This document shows, piece by piece, positions 19,172-29,190 of a stretch of 64,000 bases of DNA (position 1 is its first letter; the number at the start of each line of letters is the position of its first letter). A model generated the notes under the pieces. The model made no database searches and was not told the origin of the DNA. It saw only the letters and a list, made by a program, of their open reading frames with translations. The DNA is from Ginsengibacter sp. (lineage in GTDB: Bacteria > Bacteroidota > Bacteroidia > Chitinophagales > Chitinophagaceae): positions 2,553,245-2,617,244 of the forward strand of contig JAUCCB010000001.1 in NCBI GenBank assembly GCA_034676505.1, written 5' to 3'. A program made the position numbers and the translations under genes.

Positions 19172-21721
19172 TTATCCCTTTTGAGGTTTTAAAGCCTCTT
19201 GTAATCTTTCCATAACATCTTGTAGATGCAATTTTGAACTATTATCTTTTATCAAAGGCAATGCATTCTTGATATCAGAAATCAAACTTTTTGCGTGTCC
19301 TTTAATGATAGATAAATTATCAGTAATCATCGCATCTGTATTAGCGCTGGCAGTATTTCCACGTTGAAAAGTAGTAACAGGATTTTTAGTATCAGGATTT
19401 AAAATATCCACCAATTTTTGTGTATAAATTTTCTGAAGATTTCTTCTATACATATCTATAGAACTATTGGTTTTTAATTCACTCCAAATTCCTTTTTTCA
19501 AATCATTCAACATTTCGGTAGCGGTATAAGCTGTATTCGGCTCGTAGGCTTCAAAACGAAGTAATTTACTAATGGTATTATTACTAATTAATCTTCCTAA
19601 AACTGAACTTTGCAAATTGGCAATTGTTTTCATATCCCCTACTCCCGCTACGCTATATAGTTTTTTATCTAATAACCATTTTGGTGTAGTAAATAATTGA
19701 TTTTGTAAGAAATTGATGGCTTCTTTTTGCGTAGTTTTAGGTGTAAAAACAATTACCGATTGGGATTGTTCAATTGTGCTCGGAGTAGTTTCTATTCCGC
19801 CAATATTCTTTGTTACATGCCCCATATATCTACTAAACTGACCTACTAATTGCTGGTAAATGGTAGATGCGTTTTCATAATCTTGATTAGGTACTTTAGT
19901 CCATTCAAGAATATTAGGCATAATGCGTTTTAAATTTTTAATACCATATTCACTTGCTTTCATCGCATTATCACCAATTGCTTCACTTTGATTTCTTGGA
20001 TCGTCAGGATCTGATTCTGTACCAAAAAATAGTCGCGGATTTTTGGATAAGCTATCGCTAATCAATTTATTTTGATAAGCAGTTTCGGCTTCTGCAGTTT
20101 TAAATTGTGGTAACCACTGGTAACCCCATTGGATCGCCCATTTATCGTACTCGCCAATATGAGGATACATTCCTGCATCACCAATATTATCTTCGGGTTG
20201 TGCTACATAATTAAATCGAGCATAATCCATAATGGAAGGTGTATGTCCGTGAACATCCAACCATTTTTTATTTCTCAAATTTTCTACAGGAACCGTTGAA
20301 GAAGAACCAAAATTATGTCGAAGACCCAAAGTATGACCTACTTCGTGAGAAGATACAAAGCGGATTAATTGGCCCATCAAAGCATCATCAAATTGCATCT
20401 TTCTTGCTCTTATATCTACTGCAGATGCTTGAATGAAATACCAATTACGCAATAATTCCATCACATTGTGGTACCAATTGATGTGTGATTCTAAAATTTC
20501 ACCGCTTCTTGGATCGTTTACATTTGGTCCGCTTGCATTGGCAATATTAGATGGTTTATATACAATAGCAGAATTACGTGCATCGTCCAAGCTCCATGTA
20601 GGATCGTTTACTGGCGCTACTTTGGCCACAATAGCGTTTTTAAATCCCGCTTGTTCAAATGCTGCTTGCCAATCGTTTACTCCTTGAATTAAATACGGAA
20701 CCCATTTTTGTGGAGTCGCCGGATCTATATAATACACGATTTGCTTTTTGGGTTCTACTAATTCTCCTCTTTTATATTTTTCAATATCCTCATCTTTAGG
20801 TTCTAATCTCCAACGTGTAATCATTGATATAGATTTTACACCTTGTGGATTGGCATCAAAATCTACATAACCCGTGGTAAAATATCCAACGCGAGGATCA
20901 AAATATCTTGGTTTCATTGGATCTTTTGGTAAAAGAACCATTGAACTATTTAATTCATACGTAACGGGTGAAGATGAGCCTGACATTGGATTACCCGGAG
21001 ATGGAGGCGTAACCTTCATGTAGGTTTTCATAGTTTGAATTTCAATATTCATAGGGAAAGCTTTTAATCCCATGATATATGATCTATCAGCTAATAATTG
21101 CGTTAATTGAAGCGCCTTTTTTAATCTGCCGTTAAAAAATAAAATGTCATTATCTCCATTAATATAATCTGTAGCATCTATTACTACGCCATGGCCATTT
21201 TTTCCGAAAGCTTTTATATCGAAAGATGCTTCTAAAGGTTGTAAGTTAGAATTAATGAAAGAGCGGTACATGCCGTCTTCCGTGCTATCTTTTGAAAATT
21301 CTTCGTAAGAAATCGTTTTTAGAAAAACTTTATTGTTGGGTCCAATTTCAAATTGAATTACATTCTTTCCTATTTGGTCTCCACCGTAACCAAAAAATCC
21401 CATTCGATTTCCGGCTGCGGCTTTTGAAATTCTATTTACCACCAAGATATCTCGGTTTAAAATAGAATCCGGAATTTCAATAAAATATTTTTCATCTACT
21501 TTATGTACCGAAAGGAAACCTACGCCTGTAATGGCTTTAGAAGTAATTACTTCATCGTAAGGTTTGGGTACATTTTTTTTAGGACCATTGGATGGCTTAG
21601 ATGTGTCGGATCCCGATTGCACAGTTGGTGATGATCCGGGAACTTTTCGTTGTTGTGCATTTACGCCAAAGGAAAATAAAACAACAGCAATTAGTAAAAT
21701 GGAAATTCTCATTTTTTTCAT
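19172..21721 (-). CDS. secreted zinc-dependent metalloprotease (large Bacteroidota DUF5117/DUF4953-type)
   Basis: It carries the HExxH zinc site HEVGHTLGLRHNF. I placed the start at MKKMRISILLIAVVLFSFGVNAQ (signal peptide) rather than at the longest-ORF Met at 21829. Confidence 0.8.
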   Translation of the reverse strand: MKKMRISILLIAVVLFSFGVNAQQRKVPGSSPTVQSGSDTSKPSNGPKKNVPKPYDEVITSKAITGVGFLSVHKVDEKYFIEIPDSILNRDILVVNRISKAAAGNRMGFFGYGGDQIGKNVIQFEIGPNNKVFLKTISYEEFSKDSTEDGMYRSFINSNLQPLEASFDIKAFGKNGHGVVIDATDYINGDNDILFFNGRLKKALQLTQLLADRSYIMGLKAFPMNIEIQTMKTYMKVTPPSPGNPMSGSSSPVTYELNSSMVLLPKDPMKPRYFDPRVGYFTTGYVDFDANPQGVKSISMITRWRLEPKDEDIEKYKRGELVEPKKQIVYYIDPATPQKWVPYLIQGVNDWQAAFEQAGFKNAIVAKVAPVNDPTWSLDDARNSAIVYKPSNIANASGPNVNDPRSGEILESHINWYHNVMELLRNWYFIQASAVDIRARKMQFDDALMGQLIRFVSSHEVGHTLGLRHNFGSSSTVPVENLRNKKWLDVHGHTPSIMDYARFNYVAQPEDNIGDAGMYPHIGEYDKWAIQWGYQWLPQFKTAEAETAYQNKLISDSLSKNPRLFFGTESDPDDPRNQSEAIGDNAMKASEYGIKNLKRIMPNILEWTKVPNQDYENASTIYQQLVGQFSRYMGHVTKNIGGIETTPSTIEQSQSVIVFTPKTTQKEAINFLQNQLFTTPKWLLDKKLYSVAGVGDMKTIANLQSSVLGRLISNNTISKLLRFEAYEPNTAYTATEMLNDLKKGIWSELKTNSSIDMYRRNLQKIYTQKLVDILNPDTKNPVTTFQRGNTASANTDAMITDNLSIIKGHAKSLISDIKNALPLIKDNSSKLHLQDVMERLQEALKPQKG

Positions 21722-21834
21722 GTTAGATAATTTAAATTGATTGTTATAGGTCGTATAACGATAAAGTGAAAAAACGAATATTTTTTGTATTAAAATGAAA
21801 ATTAAGGATAAACGGTTTAAATACCTCATTCAAT

Positions 21835-21866
21835 AAAAAAACCGAAAGTATTATCTACTTTCGGTT
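21835..21866 (-). terminator. rho-independent terminator after the M16 peptidase gene
   Basis: AACCGAAAGTA (21840-21850) pairs with TACTTTCGGTT (21856-21866). The A7 run at 21835-21841 becomes a U-run on the minus transcript. Confidence 0.8.
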
Positions 21867-21890
21867 TGAGTAAAAAACTAAAAAATAATT

Positions 21891-24824
21891 CTAATAACCA
21901 AATATTTGTTCGAGGCTTAAAGTCTTTACAGTCCCGATTTTTTCTAAGTCTTCCATTTTAATTTTTTTATCAGAACCAATAATGCAATAAGTGTAATGCT
22001 TATTTGCCAGATCATTGAAATGTAATTGCTCTAAATCTTTCTTACTTAATTTATCTGCTGTGGCATACCAATCTTTTCTTACATCGCTTGTCCAGCCTTT
22101 TTTTTCTGCATTTAAATAAGAAAAAATAATTCCGTCTTTTACAATTCTCTCCGTTTCTAAATCCTTTTTAAAACTGGCGATAGCCAAATCAAATCCTTGT
22201 TGGGAAACGGTAGATTGATTGAGTAATTCATTCATCGCAGCAATTGCTTCATTCATTTTATCAGCCTGACTTCCTACATAAGCTGTTTCAGTAAATGGAT
22301 CTTCTTTTTTAGAAGGAGAACTATAATAAGCATACGTAGAATACGCCAGGGCTTTGGATTCCCGGATAGTTTGAAAAACTACACTTCCCATTCCGCCACC
22401 AAAATAATTATTAAAAACGCTCACTACTGCTTCTTGAGCTGCATCATAAGGTTTGATATTTTTTGTCCAATAAATTTCACTTTGCACCATATCATAATTA
22501 GCGAATAACACCAAGTTTTTATCTTGATTCAAATAAGCAAAATTTTCTTTTGGAGGATCCGGTAAAAATTGATTCGGTAAATGATGCAAGGCTACTATAT
22601 TTTTTGTAAAATCATTGATAGGCTGAGGACCATAATAAATTATTTTGTGTGAATAATTTAATAATTGATGCAATCGTGAAATCAAATCTGAAGATTGTAT
22701 ATTGTTCAAAGCATCGTTACTGATAACAGAATTAAAAGGATTTTTTTCACCAAATTGCGCATAAGAAAGTAATCCGCGAGCGATTAAATTTTTGTTCAAT
22801 TTATTGTTAGTACGCGCTTTCATCCAACGGCCTTTTAATGAAGTCAACGCTTCTTCATTAGGTTTACAATTCGCTAAAATATTTTCAAAAAGTGCAACTG
22901 CTTTATTGAAATTTTCTTGTAATCCTGAAATAGTTACAGTCACGTTTTCAGTACCCACACTAATTCTATATGAACATGCTAAATCGTAGAATGCTTTACT
23001 GATTTGGTCTGCAGACAATTTATCGGTACTCAGAAATTGTAGATATTCAGTCGCATAAGAAAGTAACGGATCATTCCAAGAACCCATATCTAATCGGTAA
23101 TACAAATTGAATAAATCATTTTCTTTATTTTGTACGTACAATACATCTGCAATACCGGCTTTTGATTTTACAATATCTTTATTGTAATCTATCCATACAG
23201 GTTTTATAGAAGGAACCTCCATCGAACTTACTTGCTTTACAAAGTCAGAAGATTGGCCTGCATTGGTTTCTACGGGAGTAATTAATGGCTTCTCTACTTT
23301 TACAATATTTTTATCTTCGCCTTTTCTTTTGTAAAGCAATACATAATTTTCACCAAAATATTTGTTGGCTACTTTGATAATATCTTCTTTAGTAACCTTA
23401 CTCATTTGAGCTGTTTGAGAAATATCCCAATTCCATTTTTCTCCTCTGCTGCTGATAAAAGATTTCATTAATTGGTACACTCTGCTCGAATTATTATCGA
23501 TCTGTTGTAGATCACTCAATTTACTATTCGCCACAATGGCACTTAAAAGAGTCGCATCAAAATCACCTGATTTAATTTTCTCTAATTCATTTAATAAAAG
23601 TGGTTTTAGATCTTCTAATGTTTGTCCACCTTTTGGCGAAGCCGATAATATAAAAACTCCGTAATCTTTATTTTGATCGATACCCGCTTGTGAACTTTGC
23701 ACCTTTTGAGTTTTGTTTAAATTAATATCAAACAAACCGGCTTTTCGATTGTACAATAATTCGCTGATCACATTTAATACCAACGCATCGTGTGTATTGG
23801 CAGCAGGAGTTCTAAATCCTATCATCATATTTTCGGCACTTGGCCAAAAGACTTCTTTTTCAGTAATTGTTGTTATTGGTTTTTCAGGAGCAGGATTATA
23901 CAATTGCAAGGGTTTAGGTCGCATATAAGAAAAACTCTGATCGATTTTTTTAATTAATTCATCCGAATTAAAATCGCCTGACATAACAATAGACATGTTG
24001 TTAGGCACATAATATTTATTGTAGTAAGCTTGAATGGCTTTGATAGATGGATTCTTCAAATGTTCAATTGTACCAATGGTAGTTTGCTGACCATAATTAT
24101 GGGTAGGAAAAAGATAAAAATTTAGTTTCTCCCACATTTTATAAGCATCATTATCCAGAGAGCGATTTTTTTCTTCATACACTGCTTCTAATTCGGTATG
24201 AAAAATCCGCATGATTGGATTTCTAAAACGCTCCGATTGTATTTTCAAAAATTTATCCATTGAATTAGAAGGAATGTCTTCTTCATAAACAGTTTCTTCT
24301 ACTGATGTGTGTGCATTCGATCCTTGAGAACCCAGATCCGCCATCAATTTATCGTATTCATTCGCGATAGAATATTTTGAAGCTTCACCTGATAAACGAT
24401 CAATTTCATGATAGATAGATTTACGTTTTTCTACATCAGTAGTCACTGTATATTTTTCATACAAATTGATGATAGAATCTAAATAAGGTTTCTCTTTTGT
24501 CCAATTCATGGTACCGAATTTATCGGTTCCCTTGAACAGCATGTGTTCCAAATAATGAGCTAATCCCGTATGTGTTTTTGGATCGGTATTACTACCTGCT
24601 CTCACCGCAATATTTACGGCAATGCGAGGCTCTTTATGATTCTCGGTTAAAATAACTGATAAGCCATTTTTTAAAGTATAAAAACGCGCTTTCATTGGGT
24701 CGTTAGTCACATATTTGTATGTGTAACCATTGCTGGTAGCGGTTTTCCATTGATAGGTTTGTGCATCTACTTGAGTAAAAGTAGCTGTAAGAAAAAATAA
24801 AAAAAGCACTTTAGCGATTTTCAT
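21891..24824 (-). CDS. M16 (insulinase/pitrilysin) family zinc peptidase
   Basis: 977 aa with a signal peptide and the inverted zinc motif HxxEH (LAHYLEHMLFKG). It has a duplicated M16 domain layout. Confidence 0.9.
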   Translation of the reverse strand: MKIAKVLFLFFLTATFTQVDAQTYQWKTATSNGYTYKYVTNDPMKARFYTLKNGLSVILTENHKEPRIAVNIAVRAGSNTDPKTHTGLAHYLEHMLFKGTDKFGTMNWTKEKPYLDSIINLYEKYTVTTDVEKRKSIYHEIDRLSGEASKYSIANEYDKLMADLGSQGSNAHTSVEETVYEEDIPSNSMDKFLKIQSERFRNPIMRIFHTELEAVYEEKNRSLDNDAYKMWEKLNFYLFPTHNYGQQTTIGTIEHLKNPSIKAIQAYYNKYYVPNNMSIVMSGDFNSDELIKKIDQSFSYMRPKPLQLYNPAPEKPITTITEKEVFWPSAENMMIGFRTPAANTHDALVLNVISELLYNRKAGLFDINLNKTQKVQSSQAGIDQNKDYGVFILSASPKGGQTLEDLKPLLLNELEKIKSGDFDATLLSAIVANSKLSDLQQIDNNSSRVYQLMKSFISSRGEKWNWDISQTAQMSKVTKEDIIKVANKYFGENYVLLYKRKGEDKNIVKVEKPLITPVETNAGQSSDFVKQVSSMEVPSIKPVWIDYNKDIVKSKAGIADVLYVQNKENDLFNLYYRLDMGSWNDPLLSYATEYLQFLSTDKLSADQISKAFYDLACSYRISVGTENVTVTISGLQENFNKAVALFENILANCKPNEEALTSLKGRWMKARTNNKLNKNLIARGLLSYAQFGEKNPFNSVISNDALNNIQSSDLISRLHQLLNYSHKIIYYGPQPINDFTKNIVALHHLPNQFLPDPPKENFAYLNQDKNLVLFANYDMVQSEIYWTKNIKPYDAAQEAVVSVFNNYFGGGMGSVVFQTIRESKALAYSTYAYYSSPSKKEDPFTETAYVGSQADKMNEAIAAMNELLNQSTVSQQGFDLAIASFKKDLETERIVKDGIIFSYLNAEKKGWTSDVRKDWYATADKLSKKDLEQLHFNDLANKHYTYCIIGSDKKIKMEDLEKIGTVKTLSLEQIFGY

Positions 24825-24846
24825 AGGTTTGTTTTGGGGTTTAAAA

Positions 24847-26868
24847 TTATTGAGTAGAATTATATTTGGAAATTACTTCTTTGAGCATGTTTTTGAATTT
24901 GTCAATGTTAGAATCATAACCATAACCCTCGGGCATAATTTTTTTCTCATTGGCATCTAAAAAGAAATAATATGGTTGTGTATTGGCATTGAACACACTA
25001 ATTTGAAGATCTGCATTTTTATCACCTAAGTTAGTAATTTGTTGATTCAACGCTTTTGAAAAATATTGCTCATTGGGTTGTAAATCCACCCCGGTTTTTA
25101 CATCTACATACAATGATGCAATTACAAAATCTTCTTTCAGCATTTTCATCACTTCAGGATCGCTCCACACTTGCGCTTCCATCGCTCTGCAATTAACACA
25201 GTTAATTCCTGTAAAATCGAGCATCAAAGGTTTCTTTAATTTTCTTGCAATGGCCAATGCTTCTTCATAATCGAAATAGGTGGTCATACCATATTTCACT
25301 ACTACTTCGGGCTCAAATATTCTCATTCTATCATAATATTTTACCGGCTTCGGAAAAATATTTTCAGAAATAGAATGAGTAGAAGAAGAATTATTTTGAA
25401 CAGGTGCAGCGGTAAAATCTTGTGTACCCATCGGTGGTAAAAATGCTCCGGCTCCTTTTAATGGCGCACCCCACATTCCCGGAATTAAGTACATGGCGAA
25501 AGAAAATGAAATGAGGGCAAAAAATAATCGTGGAATGTTAATGAATGAAACTCCAAAATCATTTTTAGGTAATTCATCATCATGATGGAATTTTAATTTC
25601 CCTAAAAGATAAAATCCTAAGAGAATAAATATGACAATCCATAAAGCCAAAAATATTTCGCGATCCAATATCCGCCAGCCTTTGGCCAAATCTGCGTTGG
25701 ATAAAAATTTCAAAGCCAATGCCAACTCTAAGAAACCTAAAGTAACTTTTACTGCATTTAGCCATCCTCCTGCTTTACCCAACATATTCATTCTGCCGGG
25801 GAAAAAAGCAAAGAAAGCAAACGGCAATGCTAAGGCAATAGAAAAACCAAACATCCCTAATAAAGGGCCGTAATAATTTCCTCTCGCAGCAATGACAATT
25901 AGATTTCCGATGATTGGGCCTGTGCATGAAAAAGAAACAATCACTAATGTTAGCGCCATAAAAAATATGCCCAAATAGCTGCCTGTACCGGCTTTGCTGT
26001 CAATTTTATTGGACCATGAACTTGGTAAAGAAATTTCAAATGCTCCTAAAAATGAAATACCAAAAATGAGAAAGACTAAAAAGAAAATAAAATTAGCAAC
26101 CCAATTGGTAGCCAAACTATTCAATGCTGTCGGACCAAATATGACCGTAATTAAAAAACCTAATAAAGTAAAAATCAACATGATGGATGCCGAATAGGAA
26201 ATTGCATTTTTGATTCCTTCAGCTTTCGTTTTGCTTCGCTTAATAAAGAAACTCACGGTAACCGGAATCATAGAAAAAACGCACGGCGTAATCAATGCTA
26301 ATAAACCTCCGGCGAATCCTGCAAAAAATATCCACCACATTGATTTGGTGGAAACCGATCCTTCATCTTTTACTTCATCTAACGAAGATGTATTGGACGG
26401 CAAAATGAATTCTTGAAAATGGACTTCTTGAGGAATATATTCATCCTTCTGTTGAAACATTAAATTCAATGTTCCTTTTAATAAAAAACTATCTGAAGGC
26501 GAAGCATTTATTTTTTGATTCCATTCTATTGAATCTTTGTAGAATCTTACTGTGCTCTGAAGTGCAGTATCTACGCTGCTTTGCACATTTTTATCGGATT
26601 TGATTCCGCCAATTAATTTATTCGAAACGGATGAATCAAATTGAATTGATGAAAACATAATTTCATCAGGAGAACTTTTGAGAGCAAATAATTTTACATC
26701 AGATGGAATTTTTCCTTTTACAGAAAAAAGAACCTCTTTATCATTTAATCTTTGTGTACTATAAGATAATTGAATGAGAGAGGAATCTTGCGCGTATCCG
26801 TTTACGGAAAAAAATAATAAAAAAATGGCCCCAAAAATATAGCCGAAGAATCGATTGAAATTGGACAT
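24847..26868 (-). CDS. dsbD: protein-disulfide reductase DsbD family (Cys-less N-domain + TM core + thioredoxin-like domain)
   Basis: 673 aa. The TM core carries the conserved cysteines (LITPCVFSMIP and SFSCTGPI). The C-terminal thioredoxin fold carries CVNC. Confidence 0.9.
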   Translation of the reverse strand: MSNFNRFFGYIFGAIFLLFFSVNGYAQDSSLIQLSYSTQRLNDKEVLFSVKGKIPSDVKLFALKSSPDEIMFSSIQFDSSVSNKLIGGIKSDKNVQSSVDTALQSTVRFYKDSIEWNQKINASPSDSFLLKGTLNLMFQQKDEYIPQEVHFQEFILPSNTSSLDEVKDEGSVSTKSMWWIFFAGFAGGLLALITPCVFSMIPVTVSFFIKRSKTKAEGIKNAISYSASIMLIFTLLGFLITVIFGPTALNSLATNWVANFIFFLVFLIFGISFLGAFEISLPSSWSNKIDSKAGTGSYLGIFFMALTLVIVSFSCTGPIIGNLIVIAARGNYYGPLLGMFGFSIALALPFAFFAFFPGRMNMLGKAGGWLNAVKVTLGFLELALALKFLSNADLAKGWRILDREIFLALWIVIFILLGFYLLGKLKFHHDDELPKNDFGVSFINIPRLFFALISFSFAMYLIPGMWGAPLKGAGAFLPPMGTQDFTAAPVQNNSSSTHSISENIFPKPVKYYDRMRIFEPEVVVKYGMTTYFDYEEALAIARKLKKPLMLDFTGINCVNCRAMEAQVWSDPEVMKMLKEDFVIASLYVDVKTGVDLQPNEQYFSKALNQQITNLGDKNADLQISVFNANTQPYYFFLDANEKKIMPEGYGYDSNIDKFKNMLKEVISKYNSTQ

Positions 26869-26905
26869 TCAAATAGTGTGTTTAGAAATCATCAAATTTT
26901 CAAGA

Positions 26906-27358
26906 CTATATCGCCACTGTAAATTTTTTGGTAGTTGGAGGTAAACAGGTTTTTTCGTCGCAAGTCATAAATTCTACTCCAATTTCGATAGAGGTTTTCA
27001 CATTGGCTTTCAGTTTTATCACTTGTACAAAATCTACTTTATTCGAAAACTGTTTTACATCCACATTAAAAAGCGGCTCGAATCTTTGTTCTAATTTTCC
27101 AATCTCTTTGGTAGCTCCTTGTAAAGTAATCAAAGGATTTTTTGAATAAGAAAACGCGGTGGGTATTGGGCCTCCATCGGGAGTATTTTGAGAATAAATG
27201 TGCCAACCCTTTTGAATATTCGCTGAAACTCGTATTTCGTAAGTTTTATCGGCTAACTTTTTTGTTGTAATAGTCCAATTGACCGGGCTTTTAACGATTT
27301 GTGCAGAAAGTAAATTAGCAAAGAATATTAAGAATGTAAACGTCAGTAATTTTTTCAT
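26906..27358 (-). CDS. stand-alone DsbD N-terminal (alpha) domain-like periplasmic protein
   Basis: 150 aa with a signal peptide, GWHIYS, and a C-terminal Cys pair followed by LPP (MTCDEKTCLPP). This resembles the nDsbD redox motif. Confidence 0.7.
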   Translation of the reverse strand: MKKLLTFTFLIFFANLLSAQIVKSPVNWTITTKKLADKTYEIRVSANIQKGWHIYSQNTPDGGPIPTAFSYSKNPLITLQGATKEIGKLEQRFEPLFNVDVKQFSNKVDFVQVIKLKANVKTSIEIGVEFMTCDEKTCLPPTTKKFTVAI

Positions 27359-27489
27359 TTATCTATTTTTATTAAAGACACTAATTGTGTCAAAATGTAT
27401 GGCAGCAAGTTACTAAAAATCCATTGTTTTTGTAAGATTTGAAGCTTTTTAAAGTTTAATTTATTGATAAAATTTTCATTTTGCCTCAT

Positions 27490-27513
27490 AAAAAAACCTT
27501 CCATGAAGAAGGT
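27490..27513 (-). terminator. rho-independent terminator after fsa
   Basis: AACCTTC (27494-27500) pairs with GAAGGTT (27507-27513). The adjacent A6 run becomes a U-run on the minus transcript. Confidence 0.65.
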
Positions 27514-27529
27514 TTTTATGAAAAAGGTA

Positions 27530-28186
27530 TTAATTGAATTTTTTAGCGTCTTCCGTAAATTTAGCTAATCCAATATCTGTTAGCGGATGTTTTGTCAAAC
27601 CTAAAATTGAATCTAACGGACATGTACAAACATTGGCTCCGGCTTCTGCGCATTTGATGATGTGCAAAGAACTACGAATAGAAGCTGCTAAGATTTGAGA
27701 TTTAATATCTTGAATTGCGAAAATGTTGGCAATTTGTTGAATCAATTCTAATCCATCCCAACCACTATCATCAATACGCCCGATAAATGGTGAAACATAA
27801 GCTGCGCCTGCTTTTGCAGCTAACATGGCTTGGCCTGCGCTAAATATCAATGTACAATTGGTTCTAATTCCATTATCTGTGCACCATTTAATGGCTTTTA
27901 CTCCATCTACAGTCATTGGAATTTTTACCACAATATTTTTATGAATCGCAGCTAAAACTTTTGCTTGCTCAATCATGTCTTTAAAATCTACCACTGTCAC
28001 TTCTGCACTTACGTCACCTGTTTCTACAATTTCGCAAATGGTTTTATAATGATTATGTACAGCTTCTTTTCCTTTTACCCCTTCTTTGGCCATTAAAGTA
28101 GGATTGGTAGTTACACCATCTAAAATCCCTAAGTCATGCGCTTCACGTATTTGATCTAAATTAGCTGTATCAATAAAGTATTTCAT
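27530..28186 (-). CDS. fsa: fructose-6-phosphate aldolase / short transaldolase (TalC/Fsa family)
   Basis: 218 aa with MKYFIDTANLDQIRE, GVTTNPTL, the Schiff-base region VVKIP, and FSAGQA..AAKAGA.YVSPFIGR. Confidence 0.92.
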   Translation of the reverse strand: MKYFIDTANLDQIREAHDLGILDGVTTNPTLMAKEGVKGKEAVHNHYKTICEIVETGDVSAEVTVVDFKDMIEQAKVLAAIHKNIVVKIPMTVDGVKAIKWCTDNGIRTNCTLIFSAGQAMLAAKAGAAYVSPFIGRIDDSGWDGLELIQQIANIFAIQDIKSQILAASIRSSLHIIKCAEAGANVCTCPLDSILGLTKHPLTDIGLAKFTEDAKKFN

Positions 28187-28378
28187 AATTCTTTTCTTTT
28201 TGTTTTAATATGAGCTACAAAGGTATTTAATTCTCGGTAAAGAAATTTTTAAATGTCATCTAAAGAGCCGCGTACATATCTTGATAATATTTTTATTTCA
28301 GTAAACATGCGTAGGTACTTCAATAAAGAATGTTATTTTGCACATTGTACCGTTTTTTTACCAAGAGGTTTTTTAACT

Positions 28379-29152
28379 ATGATGAAAAATTGGATTCAAA
28401 AAATAAAAGATACACGGCTGGCCAAGTCGATTGTATATTTCGTTGTTGGCATGGCTACTTATCCGGGAATTGCAATTATTAATAAAATTAAAATTACCGG
28501 CACGGAAAATTTAGCCAATCTTCCTAAAAAGAATGTGTTATTTGTGAGCAATCATCAAACGTATTTTGCAGATGTAATTACGTTTATCCATATTTTTTGT
28601 GCGGTAAAATGGAGAAGAAAAAACAAATTGGGTTTGCCGTTTTATCTACTCAATCCTTTTACCAGAGTGTATTATGTAGCAGCGGCCGAAACAATGAAAA
28701 GTAGTTTTTTGAGTAGAATATTTACTTGGGCAGGCGCGATTACGGTAAAGAGAACTTGGAGAGCTGAAGGGAAAGAAGTGCGTCGTGGTTTAGATCCCGG
28801 TGATACAAGAAAAATAGAAAGGGCTTTAGAAAATAATTGGGTCATCACTTTTCCGCAAGGAACCACCAAACCCTTTGCACCCGGAAGAAAAGGGACTGCT
28901 TTTATTATTAAGCATTATCAACCCATAGTGGTGCCTGTAGTTATTAACGGATTTTGGCGTGCATTTAATAAGAAAGGATTAAAATTTAAAAAACGCCACA
29001 GCCTTCTAACAATTGATTTTAAAGAACCATTGCATTTTACTTATGAAGAAACGGTAGAAGAAATTTTAGAAAAAGTAATGGATGCCATTCATCAAAGTAA
29101 AAAATATATGCTGAAAGGAAAACATCATTTGATGTCGGCATTAGATAAATAA
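28379..29152 (+). CDS. lysophospholipid (1-acyl-sn-glycerol-3-phosphate) acyltransferase family protein
   Basis: HX4D acyltransferase motif (SNHQTYFAD) and FPQGT motif. I placed the start at MMKNWIQ (28379) because the longer N-terminal extension has no homology-like features. Confidence 0.8.
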   Translation: MMKNWIQKIKDTRLAKSIVYFVVGMATYPGIAIINKIKITGTENLANLPKKNVLFVSNHQTYFADVITFIHIFCAVKWRRKNKLGLPFYLLNPFTRVYYVAAAETMKSSFLSRIFTWAGAITVKRTWRAEGKEVRRGLDPGDTRKIERALENNWVITFPQGTTKPFAPGRKGTAFIIKHYQPIVVPVVINGFWRAFNKKGLKFKKRHSLLTIDFKEPLHFTYEETVEEILEKVMDAIHQSKKYMLKGKHHLMSALDK

Positions 29153-29190
29153 ATTTTCTGCGCTAAATTAAATTCGAACAGAGTTTTATT

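Noticed and set aside
21722-21829. Long N-terminal extensions given by the longest-ORF starts, here for the metalloprotease and also at 28253-28378, 46008-46064, 58321-58371, 43973-44002 and 18712-18744.
   Set aside because: In each case an internal Met is immediately followed by a canonical signal peptide or by the conserved N-terminus of the family. The extensions look like AT-rich spacer read-through.
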